A DNA stretch of 62,906 bases, counting the filler, from Asterionella formosa (Eukaryota), in assembly GCA_002256025.1 (NCBI GenBank). It is 17 parts of 17 records of this genome, joined end to end, with 100 filler letters (N's around TTAATTAATTAA, not from the genome) between each part and the next. Parts side by side here need not be neighbours in the genome. Positions count along the whole stretch, not along the records: positions 1 to 20,981 come from NKIB01003172.1; positions 21,082 to 42,042 come from NKIB01003175.1; 15 more parts are not named here. The stretch is one strand, 5' to 3'. Below are positions 10,771 through 23,751 of the stretch, one piece after another (positions within the stretch are counted from its first letter, which is position 1; the number at the start of each line of letters is the position of its first letter). The notes beneath the pieces were generated by a model that saw only the letters and a list, made by a program, of their open reading frames with translations, had not been told where the DNA came from and did not search any database. The translations under genes and the position numbers were made by a program.

Positions 10771-13700
10771 ACAATACTGGAAAGCCCACAAGGTGCCAGC
10801 AAGGATTGATGCGCTACACAAAATGACAGGACCAATGGCAAACATACAAGCTGAATGGGAAAAAATCGACCGGGACAATGGCAGAGCCATGTTCCTTGGA
10901 GGTAAGGCAGCAAAGAGACCAATGGGAACATATGTGTGATCTAAAAAGCTCCGTGAGGCTGCAAATGAATGCCAATACTGGAGAAAACGATTAAAAATGC
11001 ATAAATACTATATAAATTCTAGCGAGGCCCTAGAGGAAATGCGCCAGATGGCGGGTTTAAAATCGTTGGACACAGGAATTCTAAGCTTAGTAAAATTAAA
11101 AGACAGGTTCAAAGGAAGTTCGATGGCTCTTCGCACAATACAAAAACAGTCAATTGACATTCGGTGCCACAAACTGGAACAGGGTTTACAAAATGTTCAA
11201 GGCAAAACATCCCAAACCACACGAAAGTAAACAAAAAACCTGAAATCAATTCTTCAAGCAGAAAAATCAAAGGAGGGATTGAAACGGCTAAAGCAAATAT
11301 TCAATCCTCAACAAGGAGGTGCCCTATCAAAGGTACATGTCCCTGTTTATGACAGTTCTGGAGTCGCCACTTAGTAGAAAACAGAATTTGAATCAGATGC
11401 CCTCGATACCGCCCTGCTGGAACATTGCCAAAGGCAATACAGAAAAGCCTCCAGTGCGCAGTTTGGCCATAGACCTATGCGAGACCTACTGGGCTTTAAC
11501 GGAATAACAGAGGCAGCAGACCAGATACTAGAGGGGAAGCTGTTTCAAAATCTTGATGAGGAATGTTTCCCCGGACTCAGACAATTTATAGCAGCAATGG
11601 CGGTAGTACAAGATGAGCTTAAAGGCAAAACACAAATGAATATGAAAATCACAGAGGATGATTTCAGGAAGGGAATGAAAGAATGGAAAGAAACAACATT
11701 TACATCACCAAGCAACCGACACCTCGGTCACTACAAAGTGGCACGACTCCAGGTCTTAGAGCTCACTCAAGGTTATGCCAAAATGATTAACATACCAGTA
11801 AAAAGAGGGTTCTCTCCATCACAATGGCAAAACGCAACCTCAGTAATGATAGAAAAGGACAAAGGAAGTCCGAAGATCAACAGGCTTTGTATCATCCACC
11901 TCTTTGAAGCTGATTACAACCTCTTTCACAAACTGATATGGGGACGCCACATGGTGGGGCAAGCAGAGGAGCATGGAAAACTGGGTGAAGAAATGCAGGG
12001 ATCACGGTAACACAGAAGCACCATGGATGTATTATTCAAGAATACATTGAGCTTTGATTTGTGTAGACAAGAACAAACATGGCTCTTTTCGACAAGGATG
12101 CTGCAAGCTGTTATGATAGAATCCTAGTTAACTTGGCCATGCTTTGCGCAAGAATACTGGGAGTTTCATCAGAAGCGGCATTTGCACACTCCGAGACACT
12201 TTTTGACTGGTGAAATATACTGTCAAAACTGTCTACGGGACCTTGGCTGGGCACTATAGCAGCACTGTCACCGAGCCTTTAGCAGGCACAGGAAAAGGAA
12301 GTGGAGCATCTCCAGTGGTTTGGCTGTCTATTTGTGCAGTACTTTTGTCGGCCTACAAAACACAGGCACCAAAGGGAATACCGCTCTCTGACCCAACCAA
12401 AACTATCTCCTCCAGGCGATACGGTGATGCATTTGTAGATGACACAAGTATAGGTTTAAATGATCCCAACAACCTCGTGAATATTCCTTCCCTGATTAAG
12501 ACACTCACGGAATGCGCCCAACTATGGGAAAACTTATTATTCTCTACAGGTGGCGCCCTTGAGCTCTCCAAATGCTACTATCATATCCTTCACTGACACT
12601 GGGATGTCCTAGGATACCCCAAATAACCACACTGAATCCACATCTGACTGGTCCAGGAGAGTATAGCTCATCAGCAAACATATTCAACAGCCTCAAATTG
12701 ATCTCAGGGAGGGAGACACACTTCACTAAGATCCATCACAAAGCACCCCATATAAGCTCAAAATCACTTGGGGTTATGTCATGTCCTCTTGGGAACTGGG
12801 ATGACAAATTCAGAAGACTGGCTACAAAAAGCAATATTCATGCTACCACAACCATGTCAAATCAAGTGCGCAGTATGGATGCACATCAGGCTCATCGAGC
12901 CATTTGGGCCAGCCAAATGGCCTACTCCCTGCCAATCACGGGAATGAATGCTAAACAATTAGAGACAATTCAGAGGAAGGCGCGTAGGGCCAGCCTGGGA
13001 AAGATGTTTTTAACCAAAATTTACCGCAGGCAGTGGTTTATGGTCCCTCAAAAATGGGGGCACCGAATCTAGTTGACCTTACAATCTACCAAGGAATCAG
13101 AGCCATGGACAGTTACCTTTTTCACCAATATGCACAAGAAGAAATATCGAAGTTGATGGATATCTCACTAAGACTCACCCAGCTTGAGACTGGCAGGGAG
13201 GAGGAATTACTCCTCCACCCAAAGATTCCAATTGGCTATACCAAATCAACATGGACAACTCAACTCAGGAACTTCATGGGAATGTACAATCTCCGTATCA
13301 AACGTACAAGAGGATGGCAACCCAGGACACAATGTATATATGATCAGATGATCATGTCTCCCTTCTCCTAAACAAAGGCATATCAGATTATCTTCTTTTT
13401 CACCTTAACGCGTGCAGGATGTATCTCCAAGTCACCTCAATAGCAGATATGGTAACAGCGGATGGCAGATACATTCAACCAGAAACAGTGGAGTGCAATC
13501 AAATTTCAAAACAAAGCTCACAGTGGACCTGGCCACAACAACCAAAACCAACGCTCCAACAACAAGATAACTGGAAAGAAGCAATTACTAAACACCTAAT
13601 CACTCAAGGATCCAAAAAGCACCCAAGGCTCGTCCGTCAAGCATTAGGGAGGTGGACAGGTACTCCTACTAGCCACTGGCAATATTATTATGATCAAACT

Positions 13701-15560
13701 ACAAAAGGATTATGGAAATATCAGGAGATTGACGCAAAAGTATGGACAGTATATGAAAATGAACCGGTATTGGGAGCTCCAATATTTAACTTATCCACTG
13801 GCACTCCATCAAATGTGGGGCCCCCAAAAGATCATTGCGCTCCCTGTGATGTTAGTCCTTGGGGATCCATCACCTTCAGATCCTGCGTCATGACATCAAA
13901 ACCAGCTCAAGCAACCAAACCTAGAACTTTTAGGGAACATGTTAAAGGGTTGGACTCCCACAAACAAAGGCTACTTCGAAATCCCACCATGACAAATATG
14001 ATGGAGGCTAGACTTTGCCGCCATCTTTTACTTAGCTTACCATGAAAGATTGCGACTGATGGCTCAATGCAGCAGGACAAAAGAAGCTCCTTTGCGTGGA
14101 CAATGAGGCTGAAACGCACAAACATACTGATCTCAGAACAAAGCGCACAGTGCTCTGGTCCTGTTGATGGTGACCCTGTCCAAAACAGCTCCACTAGGGC
14201 GGAACTCTTTGGGCTGGCGTTGGCGATGCCTTTTCTCCAGGAATTCATTGAATTTCATAGCATATCAACCAGCTCCACTGCATACATATGGAGCGACAGC
14301 GCGGCCTCCATAGCAAGATTGGATTTCATGCAGAATCATGCATTGACTGGCACAGTCTGAAATCAGCTGTCAAGAAACAAACAACAGGGATGAAAACAAT
14401 GATGNNNNNNNNNNNNNNNNNNNNNNNNNNNNNNNNNNNNNNNNNNNNNNNNNNNNNNNNNNNNNNNNNNNNNNNNNNNNNNNNNNNNNNNNNNNNNNNN
14501 NNNNNNNNNNNNNNNNNNNNNNNNNNNNNNNNNNNNNNNNNNNNNNNNNNNNNNNNNNNNNNNNNNNNNNNNNNNNNNNNNNNNNNNNNNNNNNNNNNNN
14601 NNNNNNNNNNNNNNNNNNNNNNNNNNNNNNNNNNNNNNNNNNNNNNNNNNNNNNNNNNNNNNNNNNNNNNNNNNNNNNNNNNNNNNNNNNNNNNNNNNNN
14701 NNNNNNNNNNNNNNNNNNNNNNNNNNNNNNNNNNNNNNNNNNNNNNNNNNNNNNNNNNNNNNNNNNNNNNNNNNNNNNNNNNNNNNNNNNNNNNNNNNNN
14801 NNNNNNNNNNNNNNNNNNNNNCGGGAAAAAAATCATCTATCAGTCGCTCAAACATCAGGGCGCATTGGGCAAGGAACTCACTCTTCGGGGGTATTTGGTA
14901 AAGCGTTGGAACAAGGCAGCAAAGAATTCCGACATCGACGACAACATGGCACCAGGAAAATTGCATGAATCATGGGTACCTTCAGCTATTACAAATCTAT
15001 GGATGGTCGCCCACAGATCATGGATAGACAGAAAGGAAATTCTCCATAGCACAATCTGATCTCGATCAGCAAATTACACAATACTACCAGCATGAAGAAG
15101 AAATATGCAGACGGGATTCCCATCTCTTCTCAATCGCACTACAGGATTTGCTTGACTCCTGACTGAACCGAAAAATTAGGTTTCTGGAAAGAGCAAAACA
15201 CATATTTTCACGCATCCAAACAGCAGTCACAAAAGGGACAGGAGTCTATATACACGTCTTTCTCAAGCAAGAGACAAGAACTCTGACACCAGCAATCCGT
15301 CAAAACTCTCGTGTGTGGCCCACAAGAACCCACTACAAATAATCCACACTACGAATCCAATTCCCAATCTGACATGCACCACTCAGCTTCATGGAAAGGA
15401 CCCAAGATCGCAGCTACCGAAATTGTTTTAACCAACACTTCTACTCGAGGGAGTGACCACCAACACATCTTCCACCGCCCCACCTCACAATGTGCCATGG
15501 AGCGCAATAACGCCAAATCTACAAATAGGCTAGAATAACAGCGCTATAAAAATGATTGAT
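10771..15560 (+). mobile_element. 5'-truncated degenerate non-LTR retrotransposon with RT and RNase H (Ambal-like clade); internal gap 14405-14821
   Basis: TSPSNRHLGHYK, MIEKDKGSPKINRLCIIHLFEADYN, DAASCYDRI, GTGKGSGASPVVW, AFVDDT, WENLLFSTGGALELSKCYY; RNase H ATDGS...SSTRAELFG...WSDS; many stops and frameshifts. Confidence 0.88.
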
Positions 15561-15574
15561 ATATAATTTTGATT

Positions 15575-15870
15575 CATACTGCTGTAGTAGGGGGACAATA
15601 AGACAGCAACTTGTTCGTCTTGACCATGACGAAATTATTGAACTGAATTTCTCAGCGAAAATTGAAAATGAAGTATTGCTATTTCGTAGGTATATCTAGC
15701 CTAACACAGCCAGACGAGGTAATATTTCAAAAATAAAAACATTTGCACCAATATTAACAACAAAAATTAGAAATTGCCGCTAGAATTTGTTTTCGTCGTC
15801 GGTTGCTCAGTTTTCAAGATATGAAAAAAACGAGATATTGTTGAAAAAGCGCTCAGTCACTAGCTGGCTT
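15575..15870 (-). repeat. Diverged partial copy of the repeat at 20007-20680 / 38090-38758
   Basis: agacagcaac..tcttgaccatgacgaaattat and tgctcagttttcaagatatgaa align with 38130-38390. Confidence 0.7.
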
Positions 15871-15914
15871 AATAAATCTTACTAGATGTCTATTTCTATC
15901 TACTGTACAAATAG

Positions 15915-18900
15915 ATCAGAACAAGACAAACAATTGAGATTAAAAACTCGCCAAGGATTGAATGCAGAAACCGTGCAATATATAGATTTCAAAGGTCACA
16001 CTGGCTTTCTCCCTGGTGAAAATGGAATGGAAATGCCACCCCTTCCTCCCCAGTTTCAACTTCCAAGTAAACATTCGCTAAACATGCATCCAATAGAATT
16101 AGAACTCATGTTACTCCTTAATGAGAATTGCCTTCCCCCCAGTGTCCTTTGATCATCTAATGAAATGGCTGTTCAAAGCAAAAGCAATGAAATATTTTGA
16201 TGGAAGGTATCAAGCTCCATCCTACCAGACTTTGTAGAAACGCATGGATGTTTCATTTCCACCAATATTAGCTGGTGGTCAACTGCTGACCAAACAAATA
16301 CAGATTGATGACAATTCAAACCTGATCATCCCATGCACAGCAATCCATTATTTCCAACAAATACAGCCAGCTAATGGCAGCATTGCTACGCCATTCCGAT
16401 ATCATGCAACATTCTGTAAGTCACCCACAAGCAAAACAACGAATATATAACGAAGTAACTTCCGCGACTATGTTTGAAAATGCGTTCAAACATTTCTAAA
16501 GCATCAGAAAATGGAGTGTTGAAGACAGGGTTTTTATTTGTTGCCCTAGCAGCTTTCAGAGATGGTTCACCTATTGATAAACAAATGAAACATTCCGAAT
16601 CTCCGCTTTTGTTGACAATGATAAACTTAACATTATTTCTTCTTTTTCACTCCCAAAGAAGCGAAGATGGTCCATCTCGTTTTTGGTTCCATCTCGTTTT
16701 TCAAGTGCAGCTCGATATGAGTCTGTAAAAGTTTTCAAATTGATTCCGAACGCGGGCGGGCTATCATCAGTTACAAAATATTTTTTCAACATTTTCTCAA
16801 TTTTTATGCATCTAGAAATGTGGCCATGAGGTGAATGATTATACCATTGGAAGGGAGCAACTTTTTCATTCATTTGTTGGATCATCATAGATTTTACTTA
16901 GACAACATCATCCTTCTTGAGAGAAGAATTGCAAGGAACTCGTCCGAATACTTCGTTCAACATTTTTAAATCTAAATAAAAGCTCAAAATTCTGTCGATA
17001 CAAAATTAATGAACAGTTATTTCCAACTGAAACCACATATCCTCACGAGGATTTGTCGTTGCAANNNNNNNNNNNNNNNNNNNNNNNNNNNNNNNNNNNN
17101 NNNNNNNNNNNNNNNNNNNNNNNNNNNNNNNNNNNNNNNNNNNNNNNNNNNNNNNNNNNNNNNNNNNNNNNNNNNNNNNNNNNNNNNNNNNNNNNNNNNN
17201 NNNNNNNNNNNNNNNNNNNNNNNNNNNNNNNNNNNNNNNNNNNNNNNNNNNNNNNNNNNNNNNNNNNNNNNNNNNNNNNNNNNNNNNNNNNNNNNNNNNN
17301 NNNNNNNNNNNNNNNNNNNNNNNNNNNNNNNNNNNNNNNNNNNNNNNNNNNNNNNNNNNNNNNNNNNNNNNNNNNNNNNNNNNNNNNNNNNNNNNNNNNN
17401 NNNNNNNNNNNNNNNNNNNNNNNNNNNNNNNNNNNNNNNNNNNNNNNNNNNNNNNNNNNNNNNNNNNNNNGTCATGTTCAGTGGCCATAATGACCTGCAA
17501 TGGTGCTTTGGTGCCAGTATAGCTAGAAATATTTCGATAAACCAATTTCTTCAGGAATATGGGAGTTTTTTGGAAGATATCCTGTATCGGTGCATAACAA
17601 TTCCAATTCCTTGGGGCATTCAGGGATGATGCAGTACTTAAGGGCAAGGTGAAAAACTTGATCATAATGTTCATCCACATTTGCATCTTTTCCTGGGTCA
17701 CGGACTTGACATAATCCGCCATTTCTAGCAAAAAGATAATGCACAAAACGGATGTTTTCCTCCTCATCTAATCGTTTGCAATAAACAATTAGCACATAGT
17801 TACTGTCATGATGAAGTGGATGACAATCACCTTGGTATGACAAATATACGGTTTGTCATTACCCTTTTCTGGGTTCTCATCCAGATCAAATATAACCTTT
17901 ACATCAGTTGGATGAAAATCATGAATTATATAATGGATCATAGAGGTAATTGTTTCAAGGTCCCAATATGCAAGATCTTTTAAATTTGATGATGATTTTT
18001 TGATACCTTTGACTCCATAAAATACAGAGGCGTAATTGCATATTTCTTGTGGGGTACGTGTGTACAAATGTTTCCACAATTTTAGTTGTCCGTGCGTTTT
18101 TGGCAAAACTCAAGGAAAATGCCGTTTGCTTTGGCATAATAGCACTACAAATTTCACATGCCGACTCTTCACAGAAGTAGCTGCCTTCGGGATTGTTCTC
18201 GATGATTTTACAAAGAAAATCTTTTTCTTCCATGCATGATTTGGAAAAAGATTCAGTTTTGTGCTTCAAACTTCGTTCCCGACTCAGTGCATCAACTGCC
18301 TTAGCCAGCATCACATCTCTGTCTGCATTGACATTCTTGAATTCGAGGTCTTGATCTGACTAGCGCATTCTTTTTGAAATGCAATAGTTTCTCTGCTTTC
18401 ATGATGTTCATCTTGATGTTCTGGATGAATAGTGAAACATATTTCTTGGTTTTGCAATTTTTCGACCAATTCTACTTCAGAAGTGATGTCTCCCACATTT
18501 CCGCTGGTATTTTCGTTCATCTCACGAACTTGTTCATCAAATGAGCGAGAATCACTGAGTTCTTCATCATTATCAGCGATGTCAGGTGAACGACCAAAAT
18601 ACGACCCTGGATGAAACTGTGACTCTTTAGGAATAGACTCTTCATCCACGAAGAACAACTGTTTGGGTTTCCTCTTCGAATGCAAGGCAATATTTCCTTC
18701 TTTTCAATATCTGCCACTATTGAATCGGCATACTTGCTTCATTTTTTCTGGAGAATTATGAATCTGTTCAAATTCATCTGATCTTTGGGTGTATTCAAAG
18801 GAATCTTCGATTGTTTTCATAAGTTTCTTCATCTTTTTTTGAGAAAACATAAAGTTGTGTATTGTAAACAACGGAAGTAAGTCACGATTCTCTTTTGACT

Positions 18901-19650
18901 GATCCTTTCCATGAAACCCATGAAATGCCATTTGGGAAGTTGTCAAAGGGTCAGAAGACTATGATGTAAAACAGTGGAAGGGAAATGCGGAGCTTTTTGC
19001 GGCGCTTGTGGTGGTGCAACTGGTGTGATGGTAACCGAGTGTAGTAATTGTCGAAGAGGATCACAGTGTAATATGCATGCATGTTGTGCCAGAAGCACGA
19101 GCTATAGTGTTTACACAACATAAATATAACAAGAAAAAACGACACGACAGTGCATGTGATGGCTGGCTGTAGAGGATAACGATATGTGATATGCATCAAT
19201 CCATATCACAAATCATAATTTGGTGATTTATTCATCATTGCATCCATATACTTTGATCATACTCAGAATATACTACTATCATATCAACCATTTGCTTTCG
19301 AATATATGTATTAACAAATATACTTTATGATTGATCAATCTTTCTTCTTCTATGATGTATTGATAACATTTGTTTACATATTAACAGTGTACGCACGCAC
19401 ACGCTAAGCAGGTTTGAGGCAACGGACAGTTCCAATGAGCAAGTCACAACATGGATACCAATTTTTCCAGCGGCAAACCACAACGATAATGATGAAGAAT
19501 AGTCGTCCCTCTATTGATGATGACGGGGACACCGGCTTTTCCAGGAGCAAACAACAATGAAGAGAGCCACTTGTCGCTCTATCGATGGTAACAAAGATGC
19601 GGATAAGTTCAACAGTGAATACAAGAACAACATACCAATGAAAACAAGTC
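15915..19650 (+). mobile_element. Internally deleted, inverted copy of the Plavaka/CMC-like element at 27160-33760
   Basis: 15915-16635 matches the reverse complement of 32686-33410 (transposase N-terminal part); 16631-19650 matches the reverse complement of 27160-30365 (ORF2 and upstream region). Confidence 0.9.
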
Positions 19651-19754
19651 GACAGTGTGTGTACGCACACGCTAAGCATGTTTGAGGCAACGGACAGTTC
19701 CAACAAGCAAATGACGATACAGATATCAAATTTTTCCTACCAGCAAACAACAAT

Positions 19755-19870
19755 ACCCATCCATGGCTTCAATAAACTTGGTGAGGATTGTGGGTCCTCC
19801 AATGTTGGACTTCAGCACATCTTGTGCCACACGCAATCTCTTGGTGTAGTCTTGTAGACTTTCTCCTCCT
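19755..19870 (-). pseudogene. Small Copia (CoDi-type) gag fragment
   Basis: Minus-strand translation LQDYTKRLRVAQDVLKSNIGGPTILTKFIEAM resembles diatom Copia gag. Confidence 0.5.
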
Positions 19871-20006
19871 TTCTACTTGTATTAAAAATCTTACTCATTA
19901 CATCTAAAATGATCGGCAATAAATATCAATTATCTTGAAAATTTAATGTATGTTCTTTAATTGCCATAAGCAATGTTATTGGGTCATTTTCGATCCCATT
20001 GTAATC

Positions 20007-20680
20007 GGAAAGAATAAAATTTTTGCATAAAAGTGTCCGAAAATGCATCAACCGTCATTCAGGGGAGTTCGTGATCATTTCCGCGATGCGAAGCTTTTAT
20101 TCGCGTAAAGAACAAGCAGTGTTTTGTTGAATGGCTGAAAGTATGTCTATAGTAAACTGTCAAATGACCTTATCAAGATTCCATAGAAATATGGACCACG
20201 ATAATTAGTACTTACATAAAGTCACTACAAAATTGACGTGGAGGCATTTCTTGCATCTTGAGATGCTGTGCCTTCTCCGAGAATACTGTCGCTCAAGTTT
20301 TCTCTTCCATTTCTACAAAACATAGAAAAGCTTCTCGAGTCAAAGTGATCGCGATAATCATCGCGGAATCAAAACTGTCGCTACTTTGGTCATATCTTCA
20401 AAACCGAGCAAATGACGACCAAAAACAACTTCCAGCGCCGATTTCAACTTTTTGTTGTCAAGACGAATGCAAAAATTTTGATTATTGAACGACAATCTCG
20501 TCTTTGTTAGTTTACATGCATGTACGAGATAGGAATTGTTCATTGTCAATATTCGTGAAGATATTCAAATCCATAATTTCGTCATGGTCAAGATGGAGTT
20601 GCTGTCTCATCAACCCCATACCACAGGCAGCTGTACAAACACACATGCAAGTACTGGTAGTACCCAGTAGTATTTAGTAT
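20007..20680 (+). repeat. DNA-transposon-like terminal region (AAAGTGTCCGAAAATGCAT family), followed by an acidic Ser-rich ORF start at 20869
   Basis: Reverse complement of 38090-38758 over about 670 bp. Confidence 0.8.
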
Positions 20681-20981
20681 GCCAAGCATCTATAATATAC
20701 ATCACTATATACATATGTTGTACCAGCAGTTGGAATTCACATGCATTCCTGTTGGTCTGTCATTACTACTTGGCAATAAAAGTCCACATCATACATTTCG
20801 GCATTGTACTTGGAATTGTTGTATGTATCCATGCATTGCTACTTTTTGGCAAAAGTCCACAAATACAAAATGTCTAGTTCTTCCAACTCAGCTCACAATT
20901 CCTCCTCTGAGGAGGATGATAGCATCTTGCAGAGCTCAGGAGATAGTTCGTCAGATGATAGTGCTTCCTCTTCTGGGAAAA

Positions 20982-21081
20982 NNNNNNNNNNNNNNNNNNN
21001 NNNNNNNNNNNNNNNNNNNNNNNNNTTAATTAATTAANNNNNNNNNNNNNNNNNNNNNNNNNNNNNNNNNNNNNNNNNNNN
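20982..21081. other. Artificial contig linker (N44-TTAATTAATTAA-N44). The same linker starts at 42043, 43435, 44827, 46219, 47611, 49003, 50395, 51787, 53179, 54571, 55962, 57353, 58744, 60138 and 61528
   Basis: Identical 100-bp spacer with stops in all six frames; contigs after 42142 are about 1290-1294 bp, except the last, which the window edge cuts at 1279 bp. Confidence 0.98.
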
Positions 21082-21902
21082 AGGTCTTCATCCGGAATTC
21101 GAAAATACGCTTCAGCCATATCTCGAAATTTCTTCTCCTCCCTAGATGCAAACCTGTGTTGAAGTTCACAACCAGCAGCAAATATAATGGCAATCTGCAC
21201 ACTTCGAAGCATGTGCACTTGAATGGGGCCGCCTATCCAATATCGAATACGGTTGCAAAAGGAATGCTCCTCCTCAGTTGAGTATTCTGTTGGTCCTTCA
21301 GTCGCCATTGTGATAATAGAGAGATGCTGGTGGTGGGAGCAGAGGAGAAAGGAGATAGGAAGATGGCCGATCACCTTAAAACAACAACAGCAACGATGAT
21401 GATGGAGCATTGAGTATTGACAATTTTCGTTATAATTGTATAATATTCCTGCGGATGAGACTACTAATTTTCATTTAGGAAATACATTTCAATTCTCGAG
21501 ATCGGTCATTTGACATATGGATTGACATACTATTTAATCTTTGGGACCGTAACAAGGTGGCCATAAAATTTCCCGAATACGAAGATCGAAGATTTTGCCG
21601 CGATAGCTTCGCAATATTCGATCTTCGTATCTCGTGCACCGTAAGTTTCAGCCTAAGAAACATAAATAACAACATTAAAAGAGATATTGTTTTAGGTTCA
21701 AACGTTTTCTAAAAATCAAACGAATTTCGATTTTTGGTGCACTGGCGCGCCCAAATTTTGTGATTGCTGCAATAGTAATATCTATGCTGTGTATACTTTT
21801 GTACCTAATTCTATGCTAGTAATAATTTGTGTAGAGTCTACAGTTTTAATCTTGATGGAAATTGAGGTTGACCAACCAAATCATTTTTTCGGTATCATCA
21901 GC

Positions 21903-23115
21903 ATGACAACCAAGAAATATCTCTGCATCAGGCAGAAGAAAAACATTGTTGCGGAAGCATACAGCAAGCCCAACAATATCAAGGCAACCGCCAGAGCATC
22001 TTCGGTTCAGCCAAAGCAGATCCGGAGCTGGAAGTCCATGCTGGACGATGCAATGGTTGTGGATCCGTCTGTGGTGGCGGAGATTCCCTGCAGGAAGAAG
22101 TTTTTATTCAGATCCAGGTGTTGATGAAAAAAGCGCTCACCCTGGCCACTCTCCAAAAAGTGCTGCTAACTTTGAAGGCTTGAAGTTACTTTTGACCATT
22201 TTCGGTGTCAAGATAGGGCCTGTACGACTAGGATGCTTAGTGTTGAGCTCAAGAGGCAACCTGGGAATGAAAATGTGTCTCTGAAGGCACTTGAAAAACG
22301 GATCAAGCGATGGCTCGCCCATAAGGACATTGTTATTAGGCGTGTGACTCATGTCGCCCAAAATACAAGGCTGGATGAGGAGAAGATTCAGGATTTCGTT
22401 TCATATATCAACAATAAAATTGCTGCATTCGAATTTTCTGCTGGAAACATAGTCAATATTGATGAGACGAACATCAATTTTGACATGTTTGGATCAACAA
22501 CTTTGGCAAACCATGGCAAAAGGACCATTGGACTTCGAACCACAGGGAATTCGAACCGTTGCACTGTGTTGTTAGGGGTGAAAATGAGTGGTGAGAAGTT
22601 GCCACCATTCATTGTATTTACAGGAACAAGGGATGGACGTATTGCCAGGCAATTGGAATTACTAGACAACAATCAACAATTTTTTCCGGTTGGTATTAAA
22701 TACGCTTGTCAACCCAAAGCTTGGGTTGATACAGACATATTTTTACAACAGATCGAAAAAGTTTGGCAACCATTTGCGTTGGGAAAAGGGGGTGAGCCTA
22801 CTCACCTTCTTATGGATGATTTTACTGTCCACAAGGTAGGACGTTGTGTTGATGCAATTGAAAATTGCGGCACTGAGGTTGATTTCGTCCTACACATCTA
22901 GACTTCAAGTGTTGGATGTAGGAGTTAATAAGCCCTTCAAGGACTACATTAGAGGATATTGGGAAGACTACATGGTTGCCAATGTGGATAATGCCAAGGT
23001 GCAAAGGCACCACATTACACAATGGTTAGAAATGGCATGGGCTAGAGTCTCAATTGAAACAATCACCAATACCTGGAAGAGCATTGGATTTGAGGGCTTT
23101 GCTGCTGTTAACTAG
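21903..23115 (+). pseudogene. pogo-like Tc1/mariner transposase (HTH + DDE_1), frameshifted
   Basis: N-terminal HTH (KATARASSVQPKQIRSWK), NIDETNINFDM, GEKLPPFIVFTG, QPKAWVD, LLMDDFTVHK, TSRLQVLDVGVNKPFKDYIR. Confidence 0.9.
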
Positions 23116-23354
23116 TCAAATAGGATCGGATTATTTGATAATCTAATTTAACATTTAATTTTAGTGAAACAATCATTATCGTCAATTAGATTCAGGATGG
23201 CAAACCCTAATAGGCAAATAAATTAAACTGATGACTACAAAAAACCCAAAACGAAGTGATTCTAATGTTGAAAATGCTAATTTCTAATATGATTATTAAT
23301 ATTCTAGTGTAGATTGGTTGAAGGACTTGAAAACTTGTCCAGTTTTTGTAACAT

Positions 23355-23751
23355 CTATTCCTGAATCTGGATGTCCTCAAGAAGCCGGAATGAACAAACT
23401 CCAAGGTTATTGTGGCTTTTTGCCCTTTTGACAGCATTTTCACTAGAGTCATAGAATTCAATAACTTGAGCAAACTTGTTGACAAACTTGTCACTCGCAT
23501 TTTTCTCTGCTGCAATATTCTTGCCAAGGAAACCAACCGTGCACACCAGTTCCATCCCATCAAGGATCAGAACAGCCTTAATACCTGCCTGATCAACTCC
23601 ATCAATCGGGACCACTGCTGCCTTGAACCGAAATCAATCATTAGGCCTCACGATTGATCCACAGCAGGCATGCTGCTCAAAGCTTTCTTCCATTGGTAGT
23701 ACCTCTGAGGCCAAGGATTTCGCCATCACAAATGTCATCCGCAATTCTCAT
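23355..23751 (-). pseudogene. ~130-aa ORF of unknown function, convergent on the pogo transposase (one frameshift, one stop)
   Basis: Reconstruction: MRIADDICDGEILGLRGTTNGRSFEQHACCGSIVRPND*FRFK...CTVGFLGK...FAQVIEFYDSS...SHNNLGVCSFRLLEDIQIQE*. Confidence 0.55.

Noticed and set aside
14288..17767. Long ORFs containing X runs
   Set aside because: Artefacts of reading through N gaps (14405-14821, 17065-17470).
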